Shown here one piece after another: positions 1 through 13,300 of a DNA stretch of 64,000 nt. A program made the position numbers and the translations under genes. The first letter of the stretch is position 1, and each line of letters starts with the position of its first letter. Source of the DNA: Balanoglossus misakiensis. Lineage: Eukaryota > Animalia > Hemichordata. The notes beneath the pieces are model-generated. The model searched no databases, was not told the origin of the DNA, and was given only the letters and a program-made list of their open reading frames with translations. The stretch is from assembly GCA_040954595.2 (NCBI GenBank), contig CM082594.2:11102276-11166275 (forward strand), given 5' to 3'.

Positions 1-45
1 AGAGAGAGAGAGAGGAGGGGGAGAGAAACGGAGAGGGACAGAGAC
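1..45. repeat. (GA)n purine-rich microsatellite, intronic
   Basis: agagagagagagaggagggggagagaaacggagagggacagagac at the window start. Confidence 0.85.
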
Positions 46-105
46 TGTGTGTAATTGGATTTCCCTGTGTTTTACAACATTCTCTTATTTTTCTTATTCT
101 GACAG

Positions 106-830
106 CGGTGGACGACGTCTGTGAGATGCCCATGGTGTGGTATGAATGCCTGAGTACATGTGAATGGACATGCACGGAAGAAGGAGCACCCTTCCAGTTA
201 TGTCCCACCGGATGTGCTCCAGGATGTGGCTGCACTCCTGGTCTTGTGAGAAAAGGAGATACCTGCGTGAAACCAGATGACTGCAAAGATTGTACGTGCC
301 GTTTTATTGTATTTGTAGAGTTTGTTGTACATGATGTCTACATGGCATTAAATGTAAACGAATGGCGAATGAGGTTGAAATGACAATTCAACCTTGAAAA
401 TCACGATGGCAAGGGTAGCTCAACTAAGCCCACATTATGAAAATAATGTTAAGACGAATCGTTTTATTAGTATTTATTACCCCTTCCATTTAAAGGCTAC
501 TGCAATGGATTTGGAGGAATCCACTACTTCTCCTATGACGGTACATACACACCATTCCAGGGCAACTGCTCATACTTGCTGTCCCGCAGCGTTCCGCCGA
601 GCCCCGACTTCGAAATTTACCTTGAGAATGTCGAATGTGACGAGGAGATGTTAGCCGGTAGAAAGTGTGAGAGGCTTCTGAGAATCACCGTCGTTTATAA
701 TGGACATACTGTGGTTCTTACGAATGGTCCAAAGGTGAGGGAGTCTTATGAGCAACCTGAGAGAATTTATTTGCTCTTTGTGGCAACATGCTTATATAAT
801 AGAATATGATAAGGTTTTGTTCGTTAACAG

Positions 831-913
<83 letters not shown>

Positions 914-937
914 TATCAATATCATCACCACCATCCC

Positions 938-978
<41 letters not shown>

Positions 979-1009
979 CCACCACCATCATCATCACCAC
1001 CACCACCAC

Positions 1010-1083
<74 letters not shown>

Positions 1084-4000
1084 CCACCACCATCATCATC
1101 AGCAGTACCACCACCACATCATACAAAATTGGCATTTTCTTCCCAGATATATGTGAATGGTGTAGAGAGACGCATAACAACAGAATTTGAGATCGACGGC
1201 ATTCAAATCATGAGGCCATGTAATAGCTGGGTTGTCTATCTGCATATACCGAAAATCAAAGTGGACGTTGCTTTCTACGATCAGTACGGTGGTTGGAGTG
1301 TGACCATCCCAGAGAGTATATACTTCAACAAGACAGAAGGGCTTTGTGGTAAGTTGATCCTTTGGCAAGATATTATGTCTGGTTGTTTCAGTATATTGCC
1401 CTTTACCTTCAATAACAAACAATATTTCTAATGAATGATGTGAACAGAGAAAGACAGTTTAGTACATCCCGAAAACCAAATCCTGTCGAAGTTTCTTTGA
1501 CAAATATGCAACTTAGATCGTTCCGGACAAAGACGACATGTTACATTCATTTATAAACCTCAGGGTCTTGCAACCAAGACACATCTGATGACCGCCGGAA
1601 ACCAGATGGCACCATAACCGACGACGAAGTGGAGTTTGCTGAGAGTTGGGAGCGAGTTGAGAATGGATCCTGCTTGATTACAAGCGTGCCCAGTCGTCGT
1701 GATGTGACGCCCTCACCGGGCGCTGAAGAGGAATGTCGCAAGTCTCTGTACGAGGGCATCTTTGAAGAGTGCAACATCCTGGTGGATCCGCACACTTTCT
1801 ACCGTGCCTGCCTGTTAGACAGGACGTGCAAGACCGATCACTGTGATGTGTTGGCGTCGTACGCCAACGAGTGTTCCAAGGTGGATTTATGTCTGGACTG
1901 GAGAGAGGAACATAACTGTAGTAAGTCTCCAATTCATTATCTCACAGAAAGTGCAACAGTTATTGTGAAGAATCGGCAAGAAATTGAACAGTTCCCGCCA
2001 CTTTTTAATAACAGCTTCGACTGGGTATTGTTTTGCAGCCGTGCCATGCCCAGAAGGTAAAGTATACGAAGCCTGTCACAGACCCTGCCGTCCGACGTGT
2101 GCCACTTTGAACAAACCAGAAGATGGTGACTGTCTGGGGCCTGATTTGGAAGGCTGCTTCTGTCCAGTCGGGACAATAGAAGACGAGTTTGGCAACTGTG
2201 TGGAATCTTGTGGTGCGTATGATTGTCTCCTCTGCACAAGACACTTGCAATTTTAGTATGAAACTACTGTTTGTTGTTCAAAACACCTGACGCCATTATC
2301 TTCGATGGAAGCTAAGGATCCACACAATCTGTAACTGAACAAAGATGCAGTAATTTAGGATGTTCTCCCTGAAATTCTTTTCCGAGTTATGTCATACCCA
2401 TTCCTCGATAATATTCTACGTGTCTTATTATTTTTCAGATCGATGTATAGAAACGGACGGAACGCCTCGACAGGTAAACATTTTAACATTTAAAAAAAAC
2501 TAATAGTTGTACTTCACTTTTACTGGCTGTACTCGATTCCGAAGATGCAGGCTTTTTGTTTCATGATTAAAACCCAGGTAAATGACAACTTTGAAGAAAT
2601 CATCAGATACTGACAAAAAATGGGTGGGATTTCCTCTTGGTCTAACGGTTTATGTTCTATTCCCACATCGAATTTAGGTGAATGAAACGTGGAAGACGGA
2701 CCCATGTACCCGTTGCACCTGTCTGATTGGTGGGTTTATCCAGTGCACGGAGTTCACCTGTCCGGCTCCACCGTCTTGCCAAGATTTTAAGAGACTGGAA
2801 TCAGATCTTCAAGATGGTGTCTGTTGTCCAGATCACAAATGTGGTAGGTGGAATCACAGTCCTGTGTTGTGTCTTCATCCATATCCTGCCATTTCCGCAG
2901 AACGAAGGAAAAGAACAAGGACATTCCCGTGATTTGATCATTTTCCCAAAAATCTGTCCCCGACAGTGTTTTTTCTAAGCTTTTTATTTCGTATTTCAGT
3001 GTGTGACAGTGATCTGTGTCCCGAAGAAGCTCGTCAGCCTCCTCTGGTATGCAATGATGACAAAGAAGTCATCAACATCACCATCAATGAATGCTGCAGA
3101 CGACAGGAGTGTGGTGAGTGTTTGCCATCAGTCTGCCATATTTACTGCTCTGTGATTATAGCATAATCTGGAACGTTGATGATTGCATACCCGTCGACTT
3201 TATGATAGTCTCAGTCAAGAGTACTATATATTGTCCCAGTATTTTTTTAGGATTTTTAATTTTAAAACCAGGTTATGTAATATTATATCATTTGATGTTG
3301 TTTACTTTCAGTATGTTTACCGTGCACATCTCCAGTTATTCCTACGTGCTCTCCCTACGAAACAGTTGAGATGTATAAAGAGAACCCTGACGATTGTTGC
3401 CAATCGTATCAATGCGGTAAGCTTGTGGTTCTATTGTCTAATCTCTCTCTTCTATTTTCCCTTCCCTCTCTCGTCTTTAAGTTTCACGAGGCCAGAATCA
3501 TTTCTCCGGCCAACAGTAAATATCAGTAGTGTGACAAAATTCATAACACGAACATTTCCGCAACTGTGCAATCATTCTCTAATTTCCACAAGCGATTGTG
3601 TTTACTGCCTGCCTGTTGATTGTCTGCCCAGTAATTGCGTTCTGCTCTGGTAACCTTGACAGTGTGTAACCGTGCCAACTGCCCTGTCGACACGCTGACA
3701 TGTTCTGGCTACATGGTGAAAGAGCAGACTCCCGAATCTTTGGAAGCATGCTGTCCCGAATATGACTGTGGTAAGTGTACTTAGTTACCCTGGTATTTTA
3801 GGGAGATCTTTTTCACATGTCTCATGATCACACCGAGCCTAGTTCATGAAGTTTATCCCGACCATATGTCTTGAACTAATGGTCATTTTATGGTCAGATT
3901 TGTGTAAGTTCACAATAGAGGAAGCATTTGTATTTTTTTATGATGTGGATGATACTGCTTGTCATTGGCGTCAAAGTGATTTATACTTGTTTTGTTTTTG

Positions 4001-6448
4001 TCAGTTGTCGAATCTTTGACAAAAATTAAACAAACAACTAAGCAACAAAAGCTAACAACTACATGTGTACCGGTATATCACTATCGATTCTCCTCCAATA
4101 TTAATTGAAGTCTCATTTAATTTCCAGTTTGCAATTGCCCGGAAGAAGATCCCATCATTTGTGAGATTGTAAGTATTGTGTTTGATATCTAGGGATCCTA
4201 CGATATGTGAAATTCTACCAGTATTCTGCACGCTTTGGTGATCAGCATGTCCGATACGCTAACTGTCTATGTACCAGCCACGTCCATTGTTAATGCCATT
4301 GAGTTTTGGGTATCTTTTCATACAATGGATCCACGAAAAATGTAGTCTAAGTGTCGTTTATCTGAAAGTAAAATAACACAGAATCATCCTTTTCAGGGTT
4401 ACCGCGCCGAATTGAGGAAAATAGATGAAGCTTGTAATTGCTATGGATATCAGTGTGGTAAGTTATTATGTCATGTTTCACCCTTTTAAGCTACGCTCAG
4501 TTTAAAAATATCAACGCAAATTCTTTCAAACGGGAATTTAGTCATTACAACGTACTAATTGCAATATCATAGAAAGTTAAACACTTCTCGAAAAATGGGT
4601 ATGATATTTTAATATTTATTTGTTTACAATTTAAATTGTTTTAAATTTTAGTTCCCAAAGAGGTTTGTCTGTGGAATAATGGAACCGCCGATGTTGAAGT
4701 TCAGGTAATTGTTATTTTATTTTAGTCTACGCTGTGTGTGGGGAGGGGGTTGGGATGAGGGGGTGAAGAGGTGGTAGGGGTGGGGGCATGGGACAATAAT
4801 CTCCACAAATGTAACAAATCACGAACCGTCATTGCAATAACATATTGAATCAACCATAACCGTAATAATACTCATGCAATTTGTTTGCATAACATTATTT
4901 TCCCTGTTCTAGCAAAAATAATTGTTCTAGTCATATTGAAATTAATCCTTGCAAGAAACTGAAATGAAATAATGTGTGTACGTTTTCCATTGCAGCCTGG
5001 CACACAAGACCTAGTTGGTTTGGATCCTTGCATGATATGTTCATGTTTAGAGGACAAAGATGTGTACAGTGACTTTTACCGGTTGGTCTGTCGAAACAAG
5101 TCTTCAGAGTGTGCGGTATCTGGCCCGCAGGATTGTGCAGTTGTAAGTGTTTGGATAACATTCTTTTCTCCAGTCATGCATGTTGTTTTGTATTAAAGTC
5201 GAATGGCGAACAGAGAAAGAAAAAGAGTCTGACTTGATTTCTTTCTTCTGTATGTGTTTCTACAGGAGGCGGAATATATTCCACCTGACGATGGCGAATG
5301 TTGTGGATTCTGCAAACTTCGTTGGTGCGTTGATGAGTCAGGTAAACATGAGGTAAGCTGCTACTATTTATCTAGGTCCCTATATTGTATACGTGGAGAT
5401 GACACTGAATTCTTTTCCCATCAAATGCTGATAGTGACCAAACTCAAATATCAGATAAACAAAAACTGTACAAGTTTAGGTGAATTAACGGCATGCATGT
5501 AGTTTGAACTTGAGAACCAGAAGATTTGATGGTGGACAAGGATTTCATAATTGTGTCTTCTCTGTTGAATAGATTGGAGATAGATGGACTCTGCCAGATG
5601 CCACCAATCAGTGCGACTACAACGAGTGCTTGGCAGATGAGAATGGCGTTCCAAGACTGTATCCATACTTGACTAAGTGTCCTCCAATATCCCCTCCAGA
5701 TTGTCCAGAGCCGGTATGCTACTCTTTATTAAGCACCAAATGATCACTATTGTCTGTCTGTCTGTCTGTCTGTCTGTATGTATGTATGTGTCTGTATGTA
5801 TGTATGTATGTGTGTGTATGCATGTGTGCGTGTATGTGTGATCTTTTCCAAGTTTTTATAACTCAACATTGACGCTTGCATTTCCATTTGTTTATAGTAT
5901 TACACTCTGATGAACGACACCTGTTGTCCTTATTGTGGTAAGTATAGAATGCTTTTTGAAAATGTCTTGTGACACTTTGAATATATCTGTACTCGATCTA
6001 CAAAAGGACCATTGCCGGTGTTCTCGATACCGGGCATCTCAAAATTCCGATCCTTGTATGAGCCTGCTTTCTGTGATGTGTATTTCGCCCTCTACGGCTG
6101 AAACATTGAGAAAGGGCTTATGGTGAAACATATAGCTGAGTGTCCCATTATCACCTTCTCCCCACAGTGCTGTCGAAGACGCCTTGCAAGAACATCGTCG
6201 AGCAGATAGATGTTGTAATCGACGACTGTAGAAGCAACGGGCCGGTGGAGATGTCGTATTGTGAGGGGCGATGTGACAGCAGTGCCCGCTTCTCCCTGGA
6301 GACAATGTCTCTGGTGAAAACTTGCCTCTGCTGTCAAGTTGCACAATCCACCAAGCGGACAGTTGACCTGACCTGTGAGAACGGAAGCACAAGATCCATC
6401 GAGTATGACTTCATCGACTCCTGCGACTGTCTCACCTGTTTCTACTAA
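106..6448 (+). CDS. Gel-forming mucin / von Willebrand factor / hemocytin-like protein, 3' portion (5' end lies outside the window)
   Basis: GT-AG exons at ~106-291 (TIL), 496-734, 1147-1348 (VWD: CNGFGGIHYFSYDG...NKTEGLCG), 1564-1920 (C8), 2039-2212 (TIL), 2439-2473, 2678-2843 (VWC-like WKTDPCTRCTC), 3000-3113, 3312-3416, 3663-3769, 4128-4168, 4397-4456, 4651-4704, 4996-5142, 5266-5352, 5573-5713, 5898-5937 and 6168-6448 (C-terminal cystine knot CEGRC...CLCCQ...LTC...CDC, stop TAA). AATAAA at ~6678 and ~6974. Confidence 0.9.
830..1121. repeat. Long (CAT)n/(CAC)n trinucleotide microsatellite in a mucin-like gene intron
   Basis: About 290 bp of tcatca/ccacca units inside intron 735-1146; it generates the spurious poly-His, poly-Ser and poly-Met ORFs. 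Confidence 0.97.
5752..5840. repeat. Compound (TCTG)n(TATG)n(TG)n microsatellite, intronic
   Basis: gtctgtctgtctg...tatgtatgtatg...tgtgtg directly visible. Confidence 0.92.
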
Positions 6449-7935
6449 CTGCTCCACAACTATGTACAACTGGAAAAGGGAATATGACAAGCAAGAAGTC
6501 AAACCATGTCCTATATGGTGATGATGATTCTTTGATCTCCTATATTCGAACAAGGATGGAGACTTCTGATACAATCTATATTTTTTAGTCTAGCCACATC
6601 TAATTAATGAGTTTAACCAATCTGATAGAGAGACCTGCCTCTTATTATTTTTTCATTCATTTTGTCTTTAACACTTTAAATAAACATACTAGCAGTACAC
6701 AGTATGGTACAATTTCAGTGCATCGATTCTTGCTTTAATCTGAAGTCCATTTCCACAAATGGCAAATTATAGCATTCCAAGAAAATTATAATGGAAAGGT
6801 GCTGCAATTAAATCGACCTGGATCGGTTTACATTATATTTGTAAAATTTTGCAATAATCTGTCTAGAACTAAACCCCGTTGGCAATGTTTCGAATTCTGA
6901 ACTCTTTCCTTGTCTGTGTGAGGTACATATAGATTCAAATGTAAACTGTAGATTTGAGCGAGTTTCCGTCCTTAATAAAGTTCTATGAAGAGCCCACCTA
7001 TATTATTTGCTTGGCGGCCATCATTATTTTCACACTTTATTTGAATGCCAAAACTGAGTAAACCCAGTGTTGTTGGTTTTCGCGGATGGGTTTCGGACGG
7101 GACTGTTCACCAATCGGATTAAACAACATGCCAGCATTTGAAATCAAATCTTATGATTTTTCTATTCAATAGTGATTTATACGCGAAGCAATAAAACATT
7201 TATTAAAAAGGGCATTATATTTTCTGATACCTTTATGTTATTGTGGGTATAGGAGTAAGCATTCTTAAGAGGTAGGCTAGCAGTCATATTATAAGCTAAG
7301 ACCAGGTCACTGGCATAGATGGTTTTTCCAAAATATCTACCCGGTTATAAACACTGTTGAGTCCCTCTTTAATACACAGTACATTGTACTGTAAGAAATC
7401 TCATCTTTGTACATGTAATTTGGGGGACTCAAGACTGCATGAGTAGAGAACGCCTTCCTGTTATGTATCCTCGTTCGACAAAAGCCAATTCAGAGGCTTG
7501 CTTGAAGACAGGGCAGCTGTTCTTTCCGCCGCGTAGCTTGTACTAGCCATTGCATAATGTCTGTAGTTGAGAAACATTGTTAATAAAATTCCATGAAATT
7601 AAATTTATTAAATTGAAGTCGTACATTTGTCAGGAACGCTTGCATTAGCAAATGTTACATGTCCATGTGTAAAATAAGCGGGTATATCAGTATGTAATAG
7701 ACAGACAGAGGAGATGATATCTGAACTATAGGAATGATTACATCCTGTACTTGTATGGCTTCTTATGGAGTTTCTAAAACCTGGCTGGTTTCATAATCAT
7801 GAATTTGTAAATATTAGTTTATTGTAAGTCATTAAGTGTAATTCATACAATTGCCGTGGCATGAAATCTCCTCTTTACACGACCACGTGTATTTCTAGAA
7901 AATCTTTCAAGAAAACGGTGAATATCCTCAGGTCA

Positions 7936-8041
7936 GGAAATCCCCTCAGCTGACCTTTGACCTTTAACCTCCGTGTATCTTTCGCTGGAAGTTCCCCGTA
8001 GCGACCGACCACCTGCTCCAGCGTACAGCCGAAAATTTTCC
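7936..8041. promoter_or_regulatory. Candidate enhancer: NF-kB site cluster plus tandem DR1 nuclear-receptor half-sites
   Basis: GGAAATCCCC 7936-7945, TGACCTTTGACCTTTAACCT 7951-7970, GGAAGTTCCCC 7987-7997 and GAAAATTTTCC 8031-8041. Motif match only. Confidence 0.4.
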
Positions 8042-9913
8042 TCAAATTATAAGAAAATTTGGTGAACAAGCGTCCATGGTTTCAATATAGGCTGCCCAAA
8101 CCCCACCTACAAGGAGGAAGTTCTAACTTCACGGAAAATACACGGTAAGGTTCTGTTTGTATATTTCATTTGTTTGTTATCGTAGGTCACGCCTCCGTCA
8201 GCTCCACGTGCGCTCTAGCCTGTAGCCAGTAAACACAGCCATGCCGCCGTGCAGAGCTGAGGTTCGACGTGGCCGTCCAACCTTCCAACAACATACAATA
8301 TAGAGTTCGAATGGGCCTGGCTGCAATAATTTACGGTTTTGCCCACAACTCCAAGAACAACACACTCACTGACGCAGGCTACCGTCCAATGCGGCCAACG
8401 CTAATGCAACGTGCTCACAGGTGAAATAAGGTCACGTACGTAATGACCAGCCATATTAATTTAGAGGTGACGTCAGATATTGACGACAAAAGTAAGACAA
8501 TGTTTTCATGTGCCTTCAAAATACTTTATTTTGCTTCTGTAATATTCTGTGGAAAATTTCTCGTGTCAGTAGCTGATATCAACATGTGAAATTTACTTCA
8601 ATTGAATTTAATAGCGCCAGCTAGCGGTCATGAAGAAATCTCTACCAGTATTTCTGGTATAATCAAACATAAAGGCCCAGGTAAATTTTCATTAATAAAC
8701 TCTGCGAATCCAGAGTTAAACACATTTCATAATTATGATTTTCTCTTTGGCTTCCGCCAAATAAATATGTCTTAAAAGACAAGAGCTCGTACATTGCACA
8801 ATAATACACAACAAAAGCTTAACTGTTCGTTTCAAGTGTCTTCAATATAAGCAAAAGTACGTAAGTTTTAACCGTGTATTTCCACAAAAAATGTCATTCA
8901 AAGTCTTGATATGTAAGTAGTCTCCCAAAAGTTCAACCACAGTCTAAAGAGTTTGATATTGCCTGTTTGTACAAAATAAAGAAAAACAGATAATTCCATT
9001 TCTTAAAATTTTATAGTGGTCAGATTTGAGTGGATAGATATACATGTGTACTTGCAGATTGTAAAAAATCTAATAGAGTTACAATCGCCTATGACGAAAA
9101 GACTGTTTCACTAAACGCAAAGACAGTTAAAAATCGCAGATTTGGATCAATAAATGTACAGGTATAACTTGTTTACAAGTTGAAGGAGTTTCACCCATTT
9201 TCAGTCCGGTGCGAGGTGACCCTAACACAGTACATCACTCAACCATGAAGCATTTGAAACAGTTACAAAAGACAGTTACGAAGAAAGGCTGACCAGACAA
9301 CAAAATTTAGTCAGCCGTAACGGAGGGGTATGACGCTGACGTCATACCTAATGGTGTTGTGATGATTTGGCATTTTGAAGAAAATAAGATGGCGCTAGCT
9401 AGACATGAACCATGCACTTTTCATTTCATGTAACACTTCATATTGTACCATATCCATGTTTTACCAGGTTTTGTGATGTACTTATCAAATCAGCGACTTT
9501 CTTGTTTGATGTCGTAAAGTGTAGCTATAATGGTGAGAGTAGGTATCTCAGAACATTTTCCCGCAACAAGATCAAAGAAATGGAATAAAGTATAGGTTAT
9601 CAAAGTTGATGGAACCGGGCATGGGTCCAGAAACCAGGCACCCAAAACTCGGAGCTGAAAATAAAAATCAAGTAAATCTGTATCATTTGCACATGATTGT
9701 CACGCAGACAGCAAAGTCCATATACATCATTTATATACAGTGGCCTTGTAGTATTATCAATGGGATCTGTCGATTCTCCGAACTCAATCTTTTGTTTGCA
9801 ATACCAGTTCAAAGGCCTGTGCTATGGAAAAGTACGATTGCTATTGCGTGTGTCTCGCCAATATTTACAAAACTGCAGCACCCTTTTTTTTTAAAGAAAC
9901 GATTAAACATTCA

Positions 9914-10351
9914 TCATGTTGGTACTGTGAACCGCACACCTCTGGTGCGTTCCTTGCTACATGATGAGTTTTGTTCCAATGGTGTGAAAATTTCATTGTC
10001 CAAAACAGCGCTGTGTCGGGGACTTTTGGATTTCTTCTTTTCCCGCAGTCGTCCCGAGTGCGACACGTGCAGTTGCGTCTTCCAAGGCACACTGTAAGTT
10101 TTACCGTAATCATATTGCGGGTCGCAGCGATAATTGTTATTCCTCGTTTCGAACTCGTCTTCGAAATCGTCCAATTGGGCCTCAGCCATCATTTTGGTGA
10201 TACTGTCTTCGCTGGAGGAACTAGTCACACTGGATGTATCTGTGTCACTGCCACTGCTCGAAACCATCGCAGGCGACGTCTGGCCATCGTCATAAGAATC
10301 TTTCCGAGTAAAGGTGCCTCTTTTTGACCAACTTATCTTTGATTTGGACAT
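9914..10351 (-). CDS. Uncharacterised 145-aa Ser/Asp-rich, probably disordered protein with a C-terminal RVxF-like motif
   Basis: ATG-initiated ORF that is more GC-rich than its flanks and has protein-like composition; possible acceptor (ccttacag) 6 nt upstream of the ATG; AT-rich 3' region with minus-strand AATAAA at 8525-8530. No family recognised. Confidence 0.55.
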   Translation of the reverse strand: MSKSKISWSKRGTFTRKDSYDDGQTSPAMVSSSGSDTDTSSVTSSSSEDSITKMMAEAQLDDFEDEFETRNNNYRCDPQYDYGKTYSVPWKTQLHVSHSGRLREKKKSKSPRHSAVLDNEIFTPLEQNSSCSKERTRGVRFTVPT

Positions 10352-13300
10352 ATTTCTCTGTAAGGATATCCTCCCTCTTGCAATCGATTAAAATGTACTT
10401 CTTCTGTAGTAACGCTGCCCTTCCACCGAGTCCAGTAAAGTTGTCGATGCAGGTCAACTTTAGGACAAACGTGACGTGAAATATTTATCCCAAATTTCCC
10501 ACGGCAGTTTAGAAAGTCCAAGGAGGTACGGCAGTTTGTATGGTTCTTTGCCCTTCACAATCCGCAACAATCAACTTTCTGGCCTTCACTAGTGGTGGTT
10601 GTTCTTTACTGTTCCGAGCAACAAACATACAGTTTGTCCGCGATATATTAAGCCAGTCGATATTTTTGGCTCTTTTGTGCGTACTGCCAAATCCGAATCT
10701 ATGAAAATTGCGAAACTCCGCTTTCTTACCGCAAAATTGCGAAACAACCCACTCTGTGTTGATTCTGTGTTTGATCCAAAGTTCTTTTATACGGCAAAGC
10801 GGAACCCGACGTCCACTGGTACTAATGTAACGGACATCAATCACTTTCAGCGTCTGCTGGTTTCAAACCTCCATCGCACCAAACAGTCAACTCACTTTCT
10901 CTCCAGTGTTTATGGAATGTCCAGAGTCGATTTCAACACCTAGGCAAATCTCCGAGGGAAGAAAATTGGCAACGACCGATGATATGGTTTGGATAGCTTC
11001 TGTTCTGGTATAGCTGCTGCTCTATTTCTGGACTATTTACAATTGTTTGGGTGACCGTCTGTTCACATGGACTGAACCTGATTATTGTGTGGGGCTGTTT
11101 AATATTTCACTCTGCCAATTGAAATGCAGATCGGTGAGAGATGCAGGTTGTATATTGGTCGACAGCAGACAGAATGGTCCTGCCGACGTCACAACTGGCA
11201 TCCGGAGGTCGCTCACCTCAGAAAGGTGACGTGAACAGTCAGCAGTGAGGCTATTAATCAGCCAAGGTGCCATGTACCTGCCTGGCAGTAGTGTAGGCCT
11301 AACTGCAACGGAATAATCGATAACGAAATCACGAGATAAATTTGATACATGTACCATGCAGTAAATTCGCTCTCAAAGCTGATATATGTCTGTAAGTTTA
11401 CATACAACAACCTGTTGCGTATATTTGTAGGCTTATATGGAAATTGGCCGAATTATTTGTCACCTGCCGAGTTCAACGACACCTTTGCTCCAAAGGAAAG
11501 AACAGCTCAGTCTATTGTGTTCTGGGACCAAGTGTCAAACTACAAAGTTTCTATGTGAAGTGTGTTCTTGTTTTTTTAACTGGAAGAGCAAAGTCCTCCA
11601 TTGACAACACATACATTATGGTCATAGAGCGGACAGTTTCTCGCTGATAGGCCTACATCGTGCTGATTTTTATCGTGATGGGTACTAAGGTTGAGAGAGA
11701 GAATGAGAGATAATTTTGAAACCATTTCTTGCCTTCTATATAATTTAGTCGACTGAAAAGGAGTAAAAAATATACCACCAGATCCATTTTATCAAGTCAA
11801 GTAAAAAAACGTGTGCGGGATTTACTTTTTGTTGGTCGCATGTAAAGATCTCGGCCTCTGCCAGCTTCAAGTTCTTTCGAGATCCGTGTCCGTTTCTTGT
11901 CATCTTGTATAAAATCTTCTGTAATATGTAACCATAGTTCTATATTCTATATTTCTCCCAAAAGAAAATAATCTCTGCTTCTTTAATTCCACAACCAAAG
12001 GCTTTCAAAGCAGCATAGTGTCACCCGATCTTTACCCACATTCTTTGATTCGTCTGACCTCTGCATTCAGGGCATTGTTAGCGGTGTCTTTTGGCCCACT
12101 GTAAGAAATCAGTCACCTTACATACTACATCTGACCCGCGAGTTTCTATGGGTACCCAGGTAAACAACAATAAACAAGGGAGTGTCTACGACTTAGAGAG
12201 AGGGAGAGTGATTTTATTTTATTGCGTCAATAACTTTTAATCAGGTGTTTAGAAGAAACCTGGAGAGCAATTTGATCGTCGTCATAAAAGTTCGAAAACC
12301 CTAACTTTCCATTGGGATTTTTGTGTGGTAAAATGAACTACAAACAGACAGAAATGTCTTGCAAGAACCTCAATTCTAACGCTCTGTAACCGAACTAATG
12401 AAAATCGTACAGTCTGAGACAGATTTAGTGATTCAAATAGAGTTAGGTTTCAAGTTTATATTGGACGATTCTATCCCAGGATAAAATCGGCAATTTTAAA
12501 ACTTTTTTTATGGAAAAAGTACTTCGGTGTCAGTTCTAGTAATTAAGTTTCAAATTTTCTAGCCCTTCGATAAGGCGAGGGTGATGATTTACTTTAATAT
12601 AATACGTGTAAGAACAAGAAAATCGAATTCGATACGTGAAAATGATAGAATGTGTCCACCTACGTATGCGAAATGATAAAGTGCGGATGTGCTCAAGTCG
12701 TATTTATGGCGTGCGCAATAAACATATTCTCTTTCAAGTACATGTAATGGCACTTGGCGAAAAACAAGAAATGAATGGGGATAAAATATTCAGTCTAGCT
12801 TTACCAGATCATAAAATACGCAATATGTCTTCAAGGATATTTGTTTTAGCGGGTTGTCCGTATTTCATGACGTTTTGCACAATTGAAAGTCGTTGGCCTT
12901 TTTCTGCATGGATGATCATGCGCACACGGAATGACGTCACATTACTTCGCGTCACATATATTACAATGCGGGTATGTTTACTGTTGCTTCTTCGTGTTTG
13001 AGAGGAAATTCGGCCGGAAACTTCTCTTCTTGTCGGTCGACTTCAATTCATTCAATAAATTTAATGATGCAAAAAAACGGACACACACACGCCAGAAAAG
13101 TGACGGCCGTATAGAAATCAATGAATAAACAAAGAAATTACTGTGTTAATAACTTTTAAATGAAATTTATACCATGTTAATAATTACATGTAGGTGCGTT
13201 GCAGACAGTTTTTAATGTGGGCGTTGGATGGAATTTGGCACACAATAAACAAGTTCAGTGCAAGTTTAATCTTCACCTTAGATACACAGCATTCATTAGA

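Noticed and set aside
748-1431. Poly-Ser, poly-His and poly-Met ORFs
   Set aside because: Translations of an intronic (CAT)n microsatellite. The real exon starts at 1147, and the AG at 829-830 would be out of frame.
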